From NCBI GenBank assembly GCA_031259085.1, contig JAIRMA010000039.1, positions 10,392-74,391 of the forward strand: DNA of 64,000 nt, given 5' to 3'. This stretch comes from Christensenellaceae bacterium. GTDB taxonomy: Bacteria > Bacillota > Clostridia > Christensenellales > DTU072. The notes beneath the pieces were generated by a model, which made no database searches, was not told where the DNA came from, and worked only from the letters and a program-made list of their open reading frames with translations. Position 1 is the first letter of the stretch, and each line of letters starts with the position of its first letter. This document shows positions 1-8,174 of the stretch, one piece after another. Both the position numbers and the translations under genes were made by a program.

Positions 1-1
1 A

Positions 2-88
2 CCCTTAGGAAATACAAATTGCCCTAAATGCAATACAAAATTGATGCCTAATGCTAAATTTTGTCCAGAATGTGGAGAACGTATATGA
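2..88 (+). CDS. 3' end of a gene that starts upstream of the window; the visible tail is a CxxC-x12-CxxC zinc ribbon
   Basis: Frame 2 is open from the window edge and reads PLGNTNCPKCNTKLMPNAKFCPECGERI*. Its TGA at 86-88 overlaps the next ATG (ATGA at 85-88). Confidence 0.6.
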   Translation, partial: PLGNTNCPKCNTKLMPNAKFCPECGERI

Positions 89-1176
89 GCGACTTGCAGC
101 AATCGGAATATGACAATTACGATTCAGGTGTAAAAAATCAAACTGATGTTGCTAAGTGTCCAGGATGCGGAGCTAACATGGTTTTTTCCCCAGAAAAGGG
201 CACTTTGTACTGCGAGCACTGTGAAACACAGGTCAGGATTGAAAGTGATGTCAGCTCTGAATTATCTATTAATAAGTTGTTTTCAAAAGCGGATTCGTGG
301 GGATCTGAGACTCATGTTTTCAATTGTCCAAACTGTGGGGCTAGTGAAGTAATAGCACAAAACGAGATTTCAAAGGCTTGCGCCTATTGTGGATCTGTTA
401 ATGTACTTGAAACAAATGAAATTTCTGGTCTCAAACCAAATGCTGTTGTCCCTTTTAAATTATCTAAAATCCAGGCATCGGATATGGCAAAAAAATGGAT
501 TAGAAGACGTATATTCGCGCCTCGTTCATTCAAAAAAAGTGCTGAACCCGAAAATCTACATGGTGTTTATAGTCCTTCTTTTACATTTGATACATATACA
601 ACTACAACTTATCACGGGGTATTAGAACGCGTCGAACACAAAACTGTTACAGTTAATGGTAAGTCTGTCACACAGACCATACGTAAGCAATTCCCTATAT
701 CTGGAACATTCTACCATTACTTTGATGATTTTGTAGTAAAGGCATCTAAAAAAATTGAATCCAAATATTTTGACAAGCTATTACCATATGATACCAATAA
801 TAGTGAGGTTTATAACGACTCCTTCATTCATGGTTTCACTGCTGCTCAATATGATTACGATGGACCAACATGTTGGGATATGGCGCGACAATCCATGAAG
901 AATCAGATTAAAAAGCTCATATTAAGACAATATACATATACAAGTGTTATCTCATTTAGTTCGACAACTATGTTTGATAACAATAAATTTAAATATATCT
1001 TGCTACCGATTTTCATTGGGCATTGTACATTTAAAGAAAAGTTATACAATCTGTTTGTAAATGGGGCAACAGGAAAATCATCAGGGAAAACCCCTCTGTC
1101 ACCTATTCGAGTCGGAATTGCAATATTGTTAGGACTAGCAGCATTGCTAGCAATTATACAATTTTTTCTTTCCTAA
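85..1176 (+). CDS. Membrane-anchored double zinc-ribbon protein (YdjG-like architecture)
   Basis: Part of track ORF 61..1176; I prefer ATG 85 (MSDLQQ) because it is coupled to the upstream stop. It has two ribbons (CPGCGANM..CEHCETQV and CPNCGAS..CAYCGSV) and a C-terminal TM helix (VGIAILLGLAALLAIIQFFL). Confidence 0.75.
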   Translation: MSDLQQSEYDNYDSGVKNQTDVAKCPGCGANMVFSPEKGTLYCEHCETQVRIESDVSSELSINKLFSKADSWGSETHVFNCPNCGASEVIAQNEISKACAYCGSVNVLETNEISGLKPNAVVPFKLSKIQASDMAKKWIRRRIFAPRSFKKSAEPENLHGVYSPSFTFDTYTTTTYHGVLERVEHKTVTVNGKSVTQTIRKQFPISGTFYHYFDDFVVKASKKIESKYFDKLLPYDTNNSEVYNDSFIHGFTAAQYDYDGPTCWDMARQSMKNQIKKLILRQYTYTSVISFSSTTMFDNNKFKYILLPIFIGHCTFKEKLYNLFVNGATGKSSGKTPLSPIRVGIAILLGLAALLAIIQFFLS

Positions 1177-1214
1177 ATAATATAGTTAAATTCAATCACG
1201 GGAGGCAAGGTAAA

Positions 1215-1631
1215 ATGTTAGAATGGTACCATTTATTAATAATCGCTACAGGTGGCATTGCACTGGGATTTTTAATTGGTTTTTTTGCGAGCAAAAAGAA
1301 GAAAAGCAAGCCAAATCAAGCAGTGTCAGATAGTGTATACGAAAAAAAAGGAGTTCGTTATTCTAATAACTCTAATATATTAAATGGCAATGCAGTGAAT
1401 GTCACTACCAATGAAGGTGATCGTATATTAGAATGTGGCTCTGAATGCCGAGTCCGTGTGGGTAATTATGTGCAACCAGGCCATTATACAATATTATCCA
1501 CTTCTGAAAATATATCAACATTTAATGTGCGCATAGGCGGCTTAGTTAGAGAGTATGCACATGGCCAAGCAATTTCTCTAGCGGATGGAGAAATTATTTC
1601 TCCTGTTTCAAATTCAATAATTTTGAGGTAA
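1215..1631 (+). CDS. Hypothetical protein with an N-terminal TM anchor (138 aa)
   Basis: GGGAGG SD lies 7 nt before the ATG. The protein has an N-terminal hydrophobic helix followed by a KKKKSK stop-transfer stretch, and is in the same operon as the zinc-ribbon gene. Confidence 0.6.
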   Translation: MLEWYHLLIIATGGIALGFLIGFFASKKKKSKPNQAVSDSVYEKKGVRYSNNSNILNGNAVNVTTNEGDRILECGSECRVRVGNYVQPGHYTILSTSENISTFNVRIGGLVREYAHGQAISLADGEIISPVSNSIILR

Positions 1632-1635
1632 AAAA

Positions 1636-2070
1636 ATGAGTAAATCAATTATCTTTAAAGTACTCTTTCCATTATCATTTTTAGCAGCAGCAGTAGTATG
1701 GTTATTAACTATTTTAATCGATGATTTTAGCCTTGATCCATCCATTGTGCCTGCTTGCATGTGTGGAATTTGGGGCGCGGCATTCGTCTTGCGAGGTTTG
1801 TTCTCAAAATCTGTAGGCATCGCAAAAAAAACCAGTATTTTGATTGGTACTGGACTTTTTGTGGTCACTTTATTGCTGGTTATTAATATTTTTGCTATAA
1901 AGGATGAAGCAGTTTTACCTATCATAGCAATTATCGTAGCATTAGGATTCGTTCTTTGTGTGCTTGCCGTTGGTGGCAAAAAATGGGATCAAGCTGACAA
2001 TAAAAAGGTTGGATATAAAAATTATCATCAACGCAAAGCAGAAGAAGAAAAAAACCAATCAAATTTTTAA
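1636..2070 (+). CDS. Hypothetical polytopic membrane protein (144 aa)
   Basis: It starts 4 nt after the previous stop, has about 4 hydrophobic segments and is followed by a strong terminator. Confidence 0.6.
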   Translation: MSKSIIFKVLFPLSFLAAAVVWLLTILIDDFSLDPSIVPACMCGIWGAAFVLRGLFSKSVGIAKKTSILIGTGLFVVTLLLVINIFAIKDEAVLPIIAIIVALGFVLCVLAVGGKKWDQADNKKVGYKNYHQRKAEEEKNQSNF

Positions 2071-2100
2071 ATACCCTTTAGATTGTAAAGTTAGTACTCT

Positions 2101-2152
2101 GACCCTGAAAGCTCACCTCCAATATTTTCATAAGCTTTCAGGGTCTTTTTTT
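2101..2152 (+). terminator. Rho-independent terminator
   Basis: Perfect 13-bp stem gaccctgaaagct (2101-2113) / agctttcagggtc (2133-2145), followed by T7 (2146-2152). Confidence 0.85.
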
Positions 2153-2871
2153 ATATTCAAAGCTAATTAAATAATCTTCTATCATAAATGATTCTAATCA
2201 AAAATCACTTTTAGTGTATTTGATATGTTCACGACCTTCCCTTTAAAATTACAGGTTAACAATATTAAAAGTTAAATAAATGTCTCCAACTAAATTCCAG
2301 TATATTGTTTGATTCTTAGTGCCCTTAATCTAGAAACCACCATACCATGATCATATATATAAAGGCATATTTGGTTATGATTTATAAATATTTTTAAATT
2401 TCTTGTGTTATTTTTGCAACATTAAAATTGATAATTAGTATCAAAAAAAAATTTTTCTAGCTAGCTTTAAAATGACTCTAGTTTTTTAAAGTTTGAGTTT
2501 ATCGAAAAATAAGTGGACTTATTTAAAAGTGGGATTTGAATTACAACATAAGGCAAAATGGGTAATATGTGAAAATTAAATTCGGTTGACACCAAAGCGC
2601 GCCTCTGTATATTTACAATGCCTTGCTAACATTAGAGTAATGACTAAAACTTAGTAAAACCGTTTTTAAAAAGTATTCTTAAATATTGTATTTTAATACT
2701 ATGACACTCTTGAAAAACAAAAAACACCGATGATTTTGCGGTTAAATCACATGACTACAAGCAATGCATTTCCATCTGTTTTTTGATATACTGTGATATT
2801 CTATCCTCTGTTTTTAATTTTCTCTGACTAAAGTAAATTTAATAAGCGTATGTTTACATTGTTATTTCTAT

Positions 2872-2895
2872 ATTAATATGTAATTACATATTAAT
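2872..2895. repeat. 24-bp perfect palindrome ATTAATATGTAATTACATATTAAT
   Basis: The sequence is its own reverse complement. It lies 34 bp upstream of a consensus-like promoter inside a ~1.4-kb non-coding stretch. Confidence 0.9.
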
Positions 2896-2928
2896 TTCTA
2901 AATAATGAAATAAATGTCCTTAAAATGC

Positions 2929-2957
2929 TTGACAGAAATATGAATTAAATGTATTAT
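2929..2957 (+). promoter_or_regulatory. Sigma-70-like promoter TTGACA-17-TATTAT
   Basis: TTGACA at 2929-2934, a 17-nt spacer, then TATTAT at 2952-2957. Confidence 0.5.
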
Positions 2958-3059
2958 TAATATGAAACTAAATCATATATCATTACATAGTGTCAGATTA
3001 TTATTTTGCACATAATGTTATCTCATTTAGAAATAAAATTTTGGAGTATTATTAATACC

Positions 3060-3296
3060 ATGAATAATGTAGAAGACAAAAAGAGTCAAGACTTAAATGT
3101 CGAAAATCCTTCTGCCATGAAAGAAGAGATGTCGGAGGAAGAAAAAAAAGAAAGATTAAATGAGGATCATACAAGAGCTGTAATCAAAACCTTGGAAAAA
3201 GACATTTTATCTGCCTTCCCAGGGTTAGGCGCACATTTGATTATAGCCTCGTCAACCCCATTTAAATACTCTGATAAACACCATACTAAAAAGTAG
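3060..3296 (+). CDS. Hypothetical small acidic protein (weak call)
   Basis: Inner ATG of track ORF 3006..3296. There is no convincing SD and no recognisable motif. Confidence 0.25.
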   Translation: MNNVEDKKSQDLNVENPSAMKEEMSEEEKKERLNEDHTRAVIKTLEKDILSAFPGLGAHLIIASSTPFKYSDKHHTKK

Positions 3297-3509
3297 TCCA
3301 CAGATTTAACACAGCTAAATTGCGGTCGTTAACCCTCCTATAACAATTTTGACATAAAACTAGCCATGTTAAATTCATGTCATATTTTCATGTCACAATA
3401 TATCATGTTTTTAGATAGAAATGTTTTAAAATCACTGAATCAAATGTTAGATTGGTAGCTTTAAGATTATATGACTTTTTCCATATAAATTAACACTGAT
3501 TACATTTAA

Positions 3510-3538
3510 TTGCAATCAACCATTGCATGTGATATAAT
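3510..3538 (+). promoter_or_regulatory. Promoter TTGCAA-17-TGaTATAAT for mscS
   Basis: TTGCAA at 3510-3515, a 17-nt spacer, TATAAT at 3533-3538 with TG at 3530-3531. This makes the track's TTG start at 3510 implausible. Confidence 0.6.
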
Positions 3539-3560
3539 AATATTTTATAAGGAGTCTACT

Positions 3561-4379
3561 ATGGGATGGGATGACATCACAAATGCAATTTTAGGTTTTT
3601 TTAAGAACTTTGGGACACGTGTCCTAGAGTCAATCGTCATTTTGCTCCTAGGTATTCTTGCAATTCGTATAATAGGGAAGATTCTAAGAGCGGTCTTCCA
3701 TCGTACTAAAACTGAATCAGCAGCGGCTTCTTTTGTAATATCACTAGTACGGGCTACCATTGCTTTATTTTTATTTTTTACAATCCTTAAAATACTAGGC
3801 ATTGATACAACAGGCATCGTGTCAATAGCGGCTGCAACAGGAATTGCAGTGGGCTTTGCTCTACAAGATAGCCTTTCTAATATTGCAAGTGGAGTCATAC
3901 TTTTATTTACAAAGCCATTTAAAGAATCTGACTTCGTAAAGATAGGATCTACTGAAGGGAAAATTTCAAAGGTTAATATAACGACGACAGAGATTATAAC
4001 CTCAGACAATGTCTTAATAATAGTGCCAAATAAACAAATAATTGGCACAGAAATATTTAATTATAGTAAACGGCGTACCCGCAGGATTTCAGTTAAAATC
4101 CCTGTTGCATATGAGGCCGATCCCGAAAAAGTCAAAGCTGTCTTATTGAATATTATTAACGAAGGTTTGAACGCATTAGCTTCTCCTGAACCATCTGTAT
4201 ATCCATCTTCATTTGATTCTTCATCTGTATCATATACCATGAAGTTTTGGGTTGAAACTGACAATTACTGGGATTCATATAATGCTATACATACTAAGGT
4301 ATTAAAGGGATTCAAGGAAAATAACATCGAAATCCCATACGATAAAATTACTATATTAAAGAGTTCTGGAGGTGAATAA
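3561..4379 (+). CDS. mscS: Small-conductance mechanosensitive channel (MscS family)
   Basis: AAGGAG SD lies 6 nt before ATG 3561. The protein has three TM helices followed by an MS_channel-like core (ALQDSLSNIASGVILLFTKPFKESDFVKIGSTEGKISKVNITTTEI). Confidence 0.85.
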   Translation: MGWDDITNAILGFFKNFGTRVLESIVILLLGILAIRIIGKILRAVFHRTKTESAAASFVISLVRATIALFLFFTILKILGIDTTGIVSIAAATGIAVGFALQDSLSNIASGVILLFTKPFKESDFVKIGSTEGKISKVNITTTEIITSDNVLIIVPNKQIIGTEIFNYSKRRTRRISVKIPVAYEADPEKVKAVLLNIINEGLNALASPEPSVYPSSFDSSSVSYTMKFWVETDNYWDSYNAIHTKVLKGFKENNIEIPYDKITILKSSGGE

Positions 4380-4831
4380 TGCTTAACTTACTATTATCAA
4401 TTCCAGTCTCATTAGGAGCTAACTGGTGGTTATATCATTTATTTTTAATATCATTAATAATTGTTATTGCACTTCTACTTAGGCGTTCATATAAGAAAAC
4501 ACCGTTAGCTGAAGGTAAACATCACTGTAATATTGCTGTAAAGCAATTAAACAAAGTCCTTTATGCAAAAGATAAGAGAAAAATGCGAATGCATTTGTAT
4601 GCAGGAAAGAATTATCTCATTTCAGCAAATAATGTCTTTACACAATATATTAAAGATTTTGGATATAATAATTTATCTGAACCAATAGCATTTATAACAG
4701 AGGCTTTAAATGAATTAGATTCGATCCTTAAGGATTTCTCTGACAAAACAATATTTGATATTGAAGAAAAAATTAAACTGATAGTAGATGCAATTGCTAA
4801 TTCAAATATAAATAATTTGGTAGTAGAATGA
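4379..4831 (+). CDS. Hypothetical membrane protein (150 aa)
   Basis: Its ATG overlaps the mscS TAA and its stop overlaps the plsX ATG (ATGA). It has N-terminal TM segments. Confidence 0.55.
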   Translation: MLNLLLSIPVSLGANWWLYHLFLISLIIVIALLLRRSYKKTPLAEGKHHCNIAVKQLNKVLYAKDKRKMRMHLYAGKNYLISANNVFTQYIKDFGYNNLSEPIAFITEALNELDSILKDFSDKTIFDIEEKIKLIVDAIANSNINNLVVE

Positions 4832-5859
4832 AAATACTTGTAGATGCATTTGGTGGTGACAATGCGCCCCATGAAATTATTAACGGCTCAATTGAGGCTC
4901 TGTGCTTTGATGATAAAATTAAGCTCGCATTATTAGGCGATGAAAATATTATAAAAGATGAACTGAAGAAATATTCTTATGATCATACTAGAATAGAAGT
5001 AATACATGCCCCCTTAATTATATCTAATGACGAATCTCCTACTGATGCAGTTCGGAAAAAAAAGGATTCATCAATTGTAAAGGGACTAACGCTACTAGGC
5101 TCAGATCCTCAATACAATGCGTTTGTCTCGGCTGGTAGCACAGGTGCTGTTCTTGTAAGTAGTTTTTTAATATTAAAATGCATAAAAGGCATTAGAAAAC
5201 CTGCCTTAGTTCCAGTTTTACCAACAATGAACGACGGTAATGTGCTACTCATTGATTGTGGGGCTAATGTGGATTGTCGTGCTAAAAATCTCGTTGATTT
5301 TGCTTATATGGGTGCAGCATATTCTTCGTCCGTTCTAAACGTCAAAAACCCCAGAATTGGGCTATTATCTAATGGTGCTGAAGACGAGAAGGGAAATGTG
5401 CTTAATAAAGAGGTGTTCCCATTGTTGAAAGCTACAAACTTGAATTTCGTTGGAAATGTTGAGGCTCGCGATATTTTGTCTGGACGGTTTGATGTAATCG
5501 TAGCAGATGGATTTAGTGGAAATATTGCGCTCAAATCTTCAGAGGGCGTAGCCATCATGCTGTTGGATTTAATAAAAAAGAATATATTATCTGGTGGGTT
5601 GCGCGCCAAAATAGGATATCTATTTCTAAAACCTGTATTCAAGAAAATCGCAAAAACTATGGATTATAATAATAACGGCGGCGCTATATTATTAGGGCTT
5701 AATAAACCTGTTGTTAAAGCACATGGCAGTTCAAAGGCTAAGTCAATAAGGGCATCTATTATACAAGCAAATTCTATAGCTGAATCTGCACTTATTCAAA
5801 ACATATCAGACTCTATTCTCAATGCAATGAAGGAACCTAATACTGAGGGCTATGAGTAA
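4828..5859 (+). CDS. plsX: Phosphate acyltransferase PlsX
   Basis: The N-terminus MKILVDAFGGDNAP and the GGAILLGLNKPVVKAHGSS motif are typical of PlsX. Confidence 0.92.
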   Translation: MKILVDAFGGDNAPHEIINGSIEALCFDDKIKLALLGDENIIKDELKKYSYDHTRIEVIHAPLIISNDESPTDAVRKKKDSSIVKGLTLLGSDPQYNAFVSAGSTGAVLVSSFLILKCIKGIRKPALVPVLPTMNDGNVLLIDCGANVDCRAKNLVDFAYMGAAYSSSVLNVKNPRIGLLSNGAEDEKGNVLNKEVFPLLKATNLNFVGNVEARDILSGRFDVIVADGFSGNIALKSSEGVAIMLLDLIKKNILSGGLRAKIGYLFLKPVFKKIAKTMDYNNNGGAILLGLNKPVVKAHGSSKAKSIRASIIQANSIAESALIQNISDSILNAMKEPNTEGYE

Positions 5860-6577
5860 ACACGCAAAAAACATACCTGTCCCTAAGTTTACAGATTCGC
5901 AGATTCTTAAGTTAGAGAATATAATTCAATATAAGTTCCAGGACCTAGCGCATTTAGAAGAAGCACTAACGCACGCCTCTTTAACTAACAACGCATCTAT
6001 ATCTTCATATGAGAGATTTGAATTTTTTGGTGACAGTATACTCGGGTTTATAGTAGCTGGTGAATTGTTTCATGCTTTCCCAGATGCTAATGTTGGTGAT
6101 TTAACAAGGGCTAAAAGCTACATCGTATCAAAAAATACATTGGCTCAGATAGTTGAAAAAATGGGAATAACTCGATTTTTATTTACAAATAAAGATGTTA
6201 ATCAGGTCATTAAAATCAGTAAAAAGGTTAGATCAGATATATTTGAATCCTTGCTCTGTGCAATCTATATTGATAGCAAAGATTTGTCTAACTGTACTAA
6301 TTTTGTTAACAGATTCTTAGGACATTTTTTAAAAATGAATATCTCAGATATTAGCAATTTAGACTATAAAAGCATTTTATATGAATACAATATAAAGCTC
6401 ACACTAAATTTAAAAGTTGAATTCTTGCACGATCTCAATCAAACAGGACATGAGTACACAGCAAAAATATTTAAAAGTGATGATCTGATTGCTGAAGCAA
6501 AAGCATCTACTAAAATTGATGCTGAAAAAAATGCATCTAAAATAGCGTTAAAAATACTAAATTTGCTGCCAAAATAG
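5852..6577 (+). CDS. rnc: Ribonuclease III
   Basis: RNase III signature ERFEFFGDSILG plus a C-terminal dsRBD-like region. It follows plsX, as in many Bacillota. Confidence 0.9.
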   Translation: MSKHAKNIPVPKFTDSQILKLENIIQYKFQDLAHLEEALTHASLTNNASISSYERFEFFGDSILGFIVAGELFHAFPDANVGDLTRAKSYIVSKNTLAQIVEKMGITRFLFTNKDVNQVIKISKKVRSDIFESLLCAIYIDSKDLSNCTNFVNRFLGHFLKMNISDISNLDYKSILYEYNIKLTLNLKVEFLHDLNQTGHEYTAKIFKSDDLIAEAKASTKIDAEKNASKIALKILNLLPK

Positions 6578-6616
6578 TATTTTCTATGCTATATCAATAA
6601 TATAAATAAAATAAGA

Positions 6617-6645
6617 TTGATATTTTTTAATTAATATCGTATAAT
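6617..6645 (+). promoter_or_regulatory. Promoter TTGATA-17-TATAAT
   Basis: TTGATA at 6617-6622, a 17-nt spacer, TATAAT at 6640-6645, upstream of the lipoprotein gene. Confidence 0.55.
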
Positions 6646-6707
6646 ATTTAGAGTGCCAAAACAAATCTTGATGATTGGCAATTCTCAATAAATAGGATGA
6701 TTAGAAG

Positions 6708-7439
6708 ATGAGAAATTTACATAAAATCTTAATTTTTGCATTTGTTATGATCCTGTGTTCTTCCATATTATTCTTAGTATCCTGCTCTGATGATCAGAAA
6801 ACGGATACAAATGAATCATCTCAACTGAAATCTATCGAAGTTGTTGAAGGACTAAACGAAGATATAATTGTAAATTCAAAATTTCCGTTAAATGGGAAGC
6901 TTAAAGTTACCTATAATAATGACGACGTACAATATTTATTGATAAATGACACAATGGTCGAAAATTTCAATTCATCTATAGTTGGTGAGCAAATTATAAC
7001 AATATCATTTGCTAATACAAAGGTATTACATCCTATAACAATAGTAAATCCAATCGTATCTGTTACTGTTGATACTGAAACAACTACATATAACTATACA
7101 ATCAACCAAGTATTCGATGTAGCATATTTGAATGTACAGCGTACAGTAGGTGACGTAGAAACAATACGAGTAACATCTGATATGGTGACAAAATTTTCTA
7201 CATTAAAAGTAGGTACATTCACTGTAGAAATTGAATTCGCTAATATAACAAAATCATATGACATTACTGTAATAGATGAAAATCCTGATTCAGATAATAG
7301 TGATCCTGGCGGCACAGATGATGGCCCCGGTGATGGTGGCCAGGGCGGCACTGATGATGGCTCCGGTGATGGTGGCCAGGGCGGCACTGATGATGGCCCT
7401 GGTGATGGTGGTCAGGGTGGAGGATTTGCTATATACTAA
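6708..7439 (+). CDS. Lipoprotein with Ig-like beta-rich repeats and a Gly/Asp-rich repetitive C-terminus
   Basis: Signal peptide with lipobox LVSC, and a C-terminal 3 x GGTDDG(P/S)GDGGQ repeat. Confidence 0.75.
   Translation: MRNLHKILIFAFVMILCSSILFLVSCSDDQKTDTNESSQLKSIEVVEGLNEDIIVNSKFPLNGKLKVTYNNDDVQYLLINDTMVENFNSSIVGEQIITISFANTKVLHPITIVNPIVSVTVDTETTTYNYTINQVFDVAYLNVQRTVGDVETIRVTSDMVTKFSTLKVGTFTVEIEFANITKSYDITVIDENPDSDNSDPGGTDDGPGDGGQGGTDDGSGDGGQGGTDDGPGDGGQGGGFAIY
7308..7415 (+). repeat. Three tandem 36-bp in-frame repeats
   Basis: The unit is ggcggcac(a/t)gatgatggc(c/t)c(c/t)ggtgatggtgg(c/t)cag. The copies differ at only a few positions and are locally GC-rich in an AT-rich genome. Confidence 0.95.
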
Positions 7440-7765
7440 TTATAAAAAACGGAGAATTAACGTCTTAATAATTATTTAAAAGTAGCAACACCAGTCTGAA
7501 TACAAATATGAATTAATTATATAGTTAAATTAGTTGATCATATTCAGTATGTTCATTTTACTTAAAACATTATAGCGCCGTTAGTGTGTTATTTCTATTA
7601 AAAATTCATACTTAAAACAAAATTTATATTATTATGAAATCGAATTTGTATACAGCTCCCCATATCTAATATCATTTTTATAATTCCATATTGCAAATGT
7701 ATGTTTTTAAAATGCGCTATGCTGTTTGAGCTAAGAATCATGCTATCACATAAAATAAAAAAAAA

Positions 7766-7796
7766 GATAAAAAACTCCAAAAAATGGAGTTTTTTA
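7766..7796 (-). terminator. Terminator downstream of rpsU (hairpin is symmetric)
   Basis: Stem aaaaactcca / tggagttttt with a 5-nt loop, flanked by T-runs when read on the minus strand. Confidence 0.7.
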
Positions 7797-7832
7797 TCTA
7801 GTACGTAAAATATATTTAAAAGGTAAAATTGC

Positions 7833-8009
7833 TTATTTATACATTCTTTTGCGTGCGACCTCAAGTTTTTTCTTTTTGCGGACGCTTGGTTTCTCATAGT
7901 GCTCTTTTCTTCTTAAATCGCCTATGATACCATCATTAGCACATTTCTTCTTCCAACGACGAATTGCGCTATCAAGGTTCTCATTTTCTTTGACATAAAC
8001 TGTTGACAT
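7833..8009 (-). CDS. rpsU: 30S ribosomal protein S21
   Basis: Starts [35 protein letters not shown] precedes ATG 8009, so the longer track ORF start at 8054 is rejected. Confidence 0.92.
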   Translation of the reverse strand: MSTVYVKENENLDSAIRRWKKKCANDGIIGDLRRKEHYEKPSVRKKKKLEVARKRMYK

Positions 8010-8174
8010 ATAATCACCTCCTTTTGTAAAAGAATGTAATATGCTTAAACGCATATATTAATTATGCATGTTTCTTTCGTTATTGTCAAATAATTTTAAA
8101 TGCCTTTTTTACATGTTTAATAATTCTATACATAACAACATTAAAGATTATCTCATGATGTTCTATAAAACTAG

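Noticed and set aside
2872-2895. The 24-bp palindrome considered as a chromosome dimer-resolution (dif) site.
   Set aside because: It matches only about 7 of 11 positions of the Firmicutes XerD arm (TTATGTAAACT) from memory. It is perfectly symmetric, whereas dif sites are not, and it lacks a distinct 6-bp central region. This is not supportable without a search.
3510-3560. Upstream starts given by the ORF track: TTG 3510 for mscS, and likewise 61 (zinc-ribbon gene), 8054 (rpsU), 12778 (pepF), 24895 (RR), 40001 (ddl), 47111 (rhuM) and 51896 (dnaX).
   Set aside because: In each case an internal ATG (TTG in one case) sits at proper distance from a strong SD, or directly after a promoter -10 box. 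The extra N-terminal residues overlap promoters or upstream genes and do not resemble the protein family.
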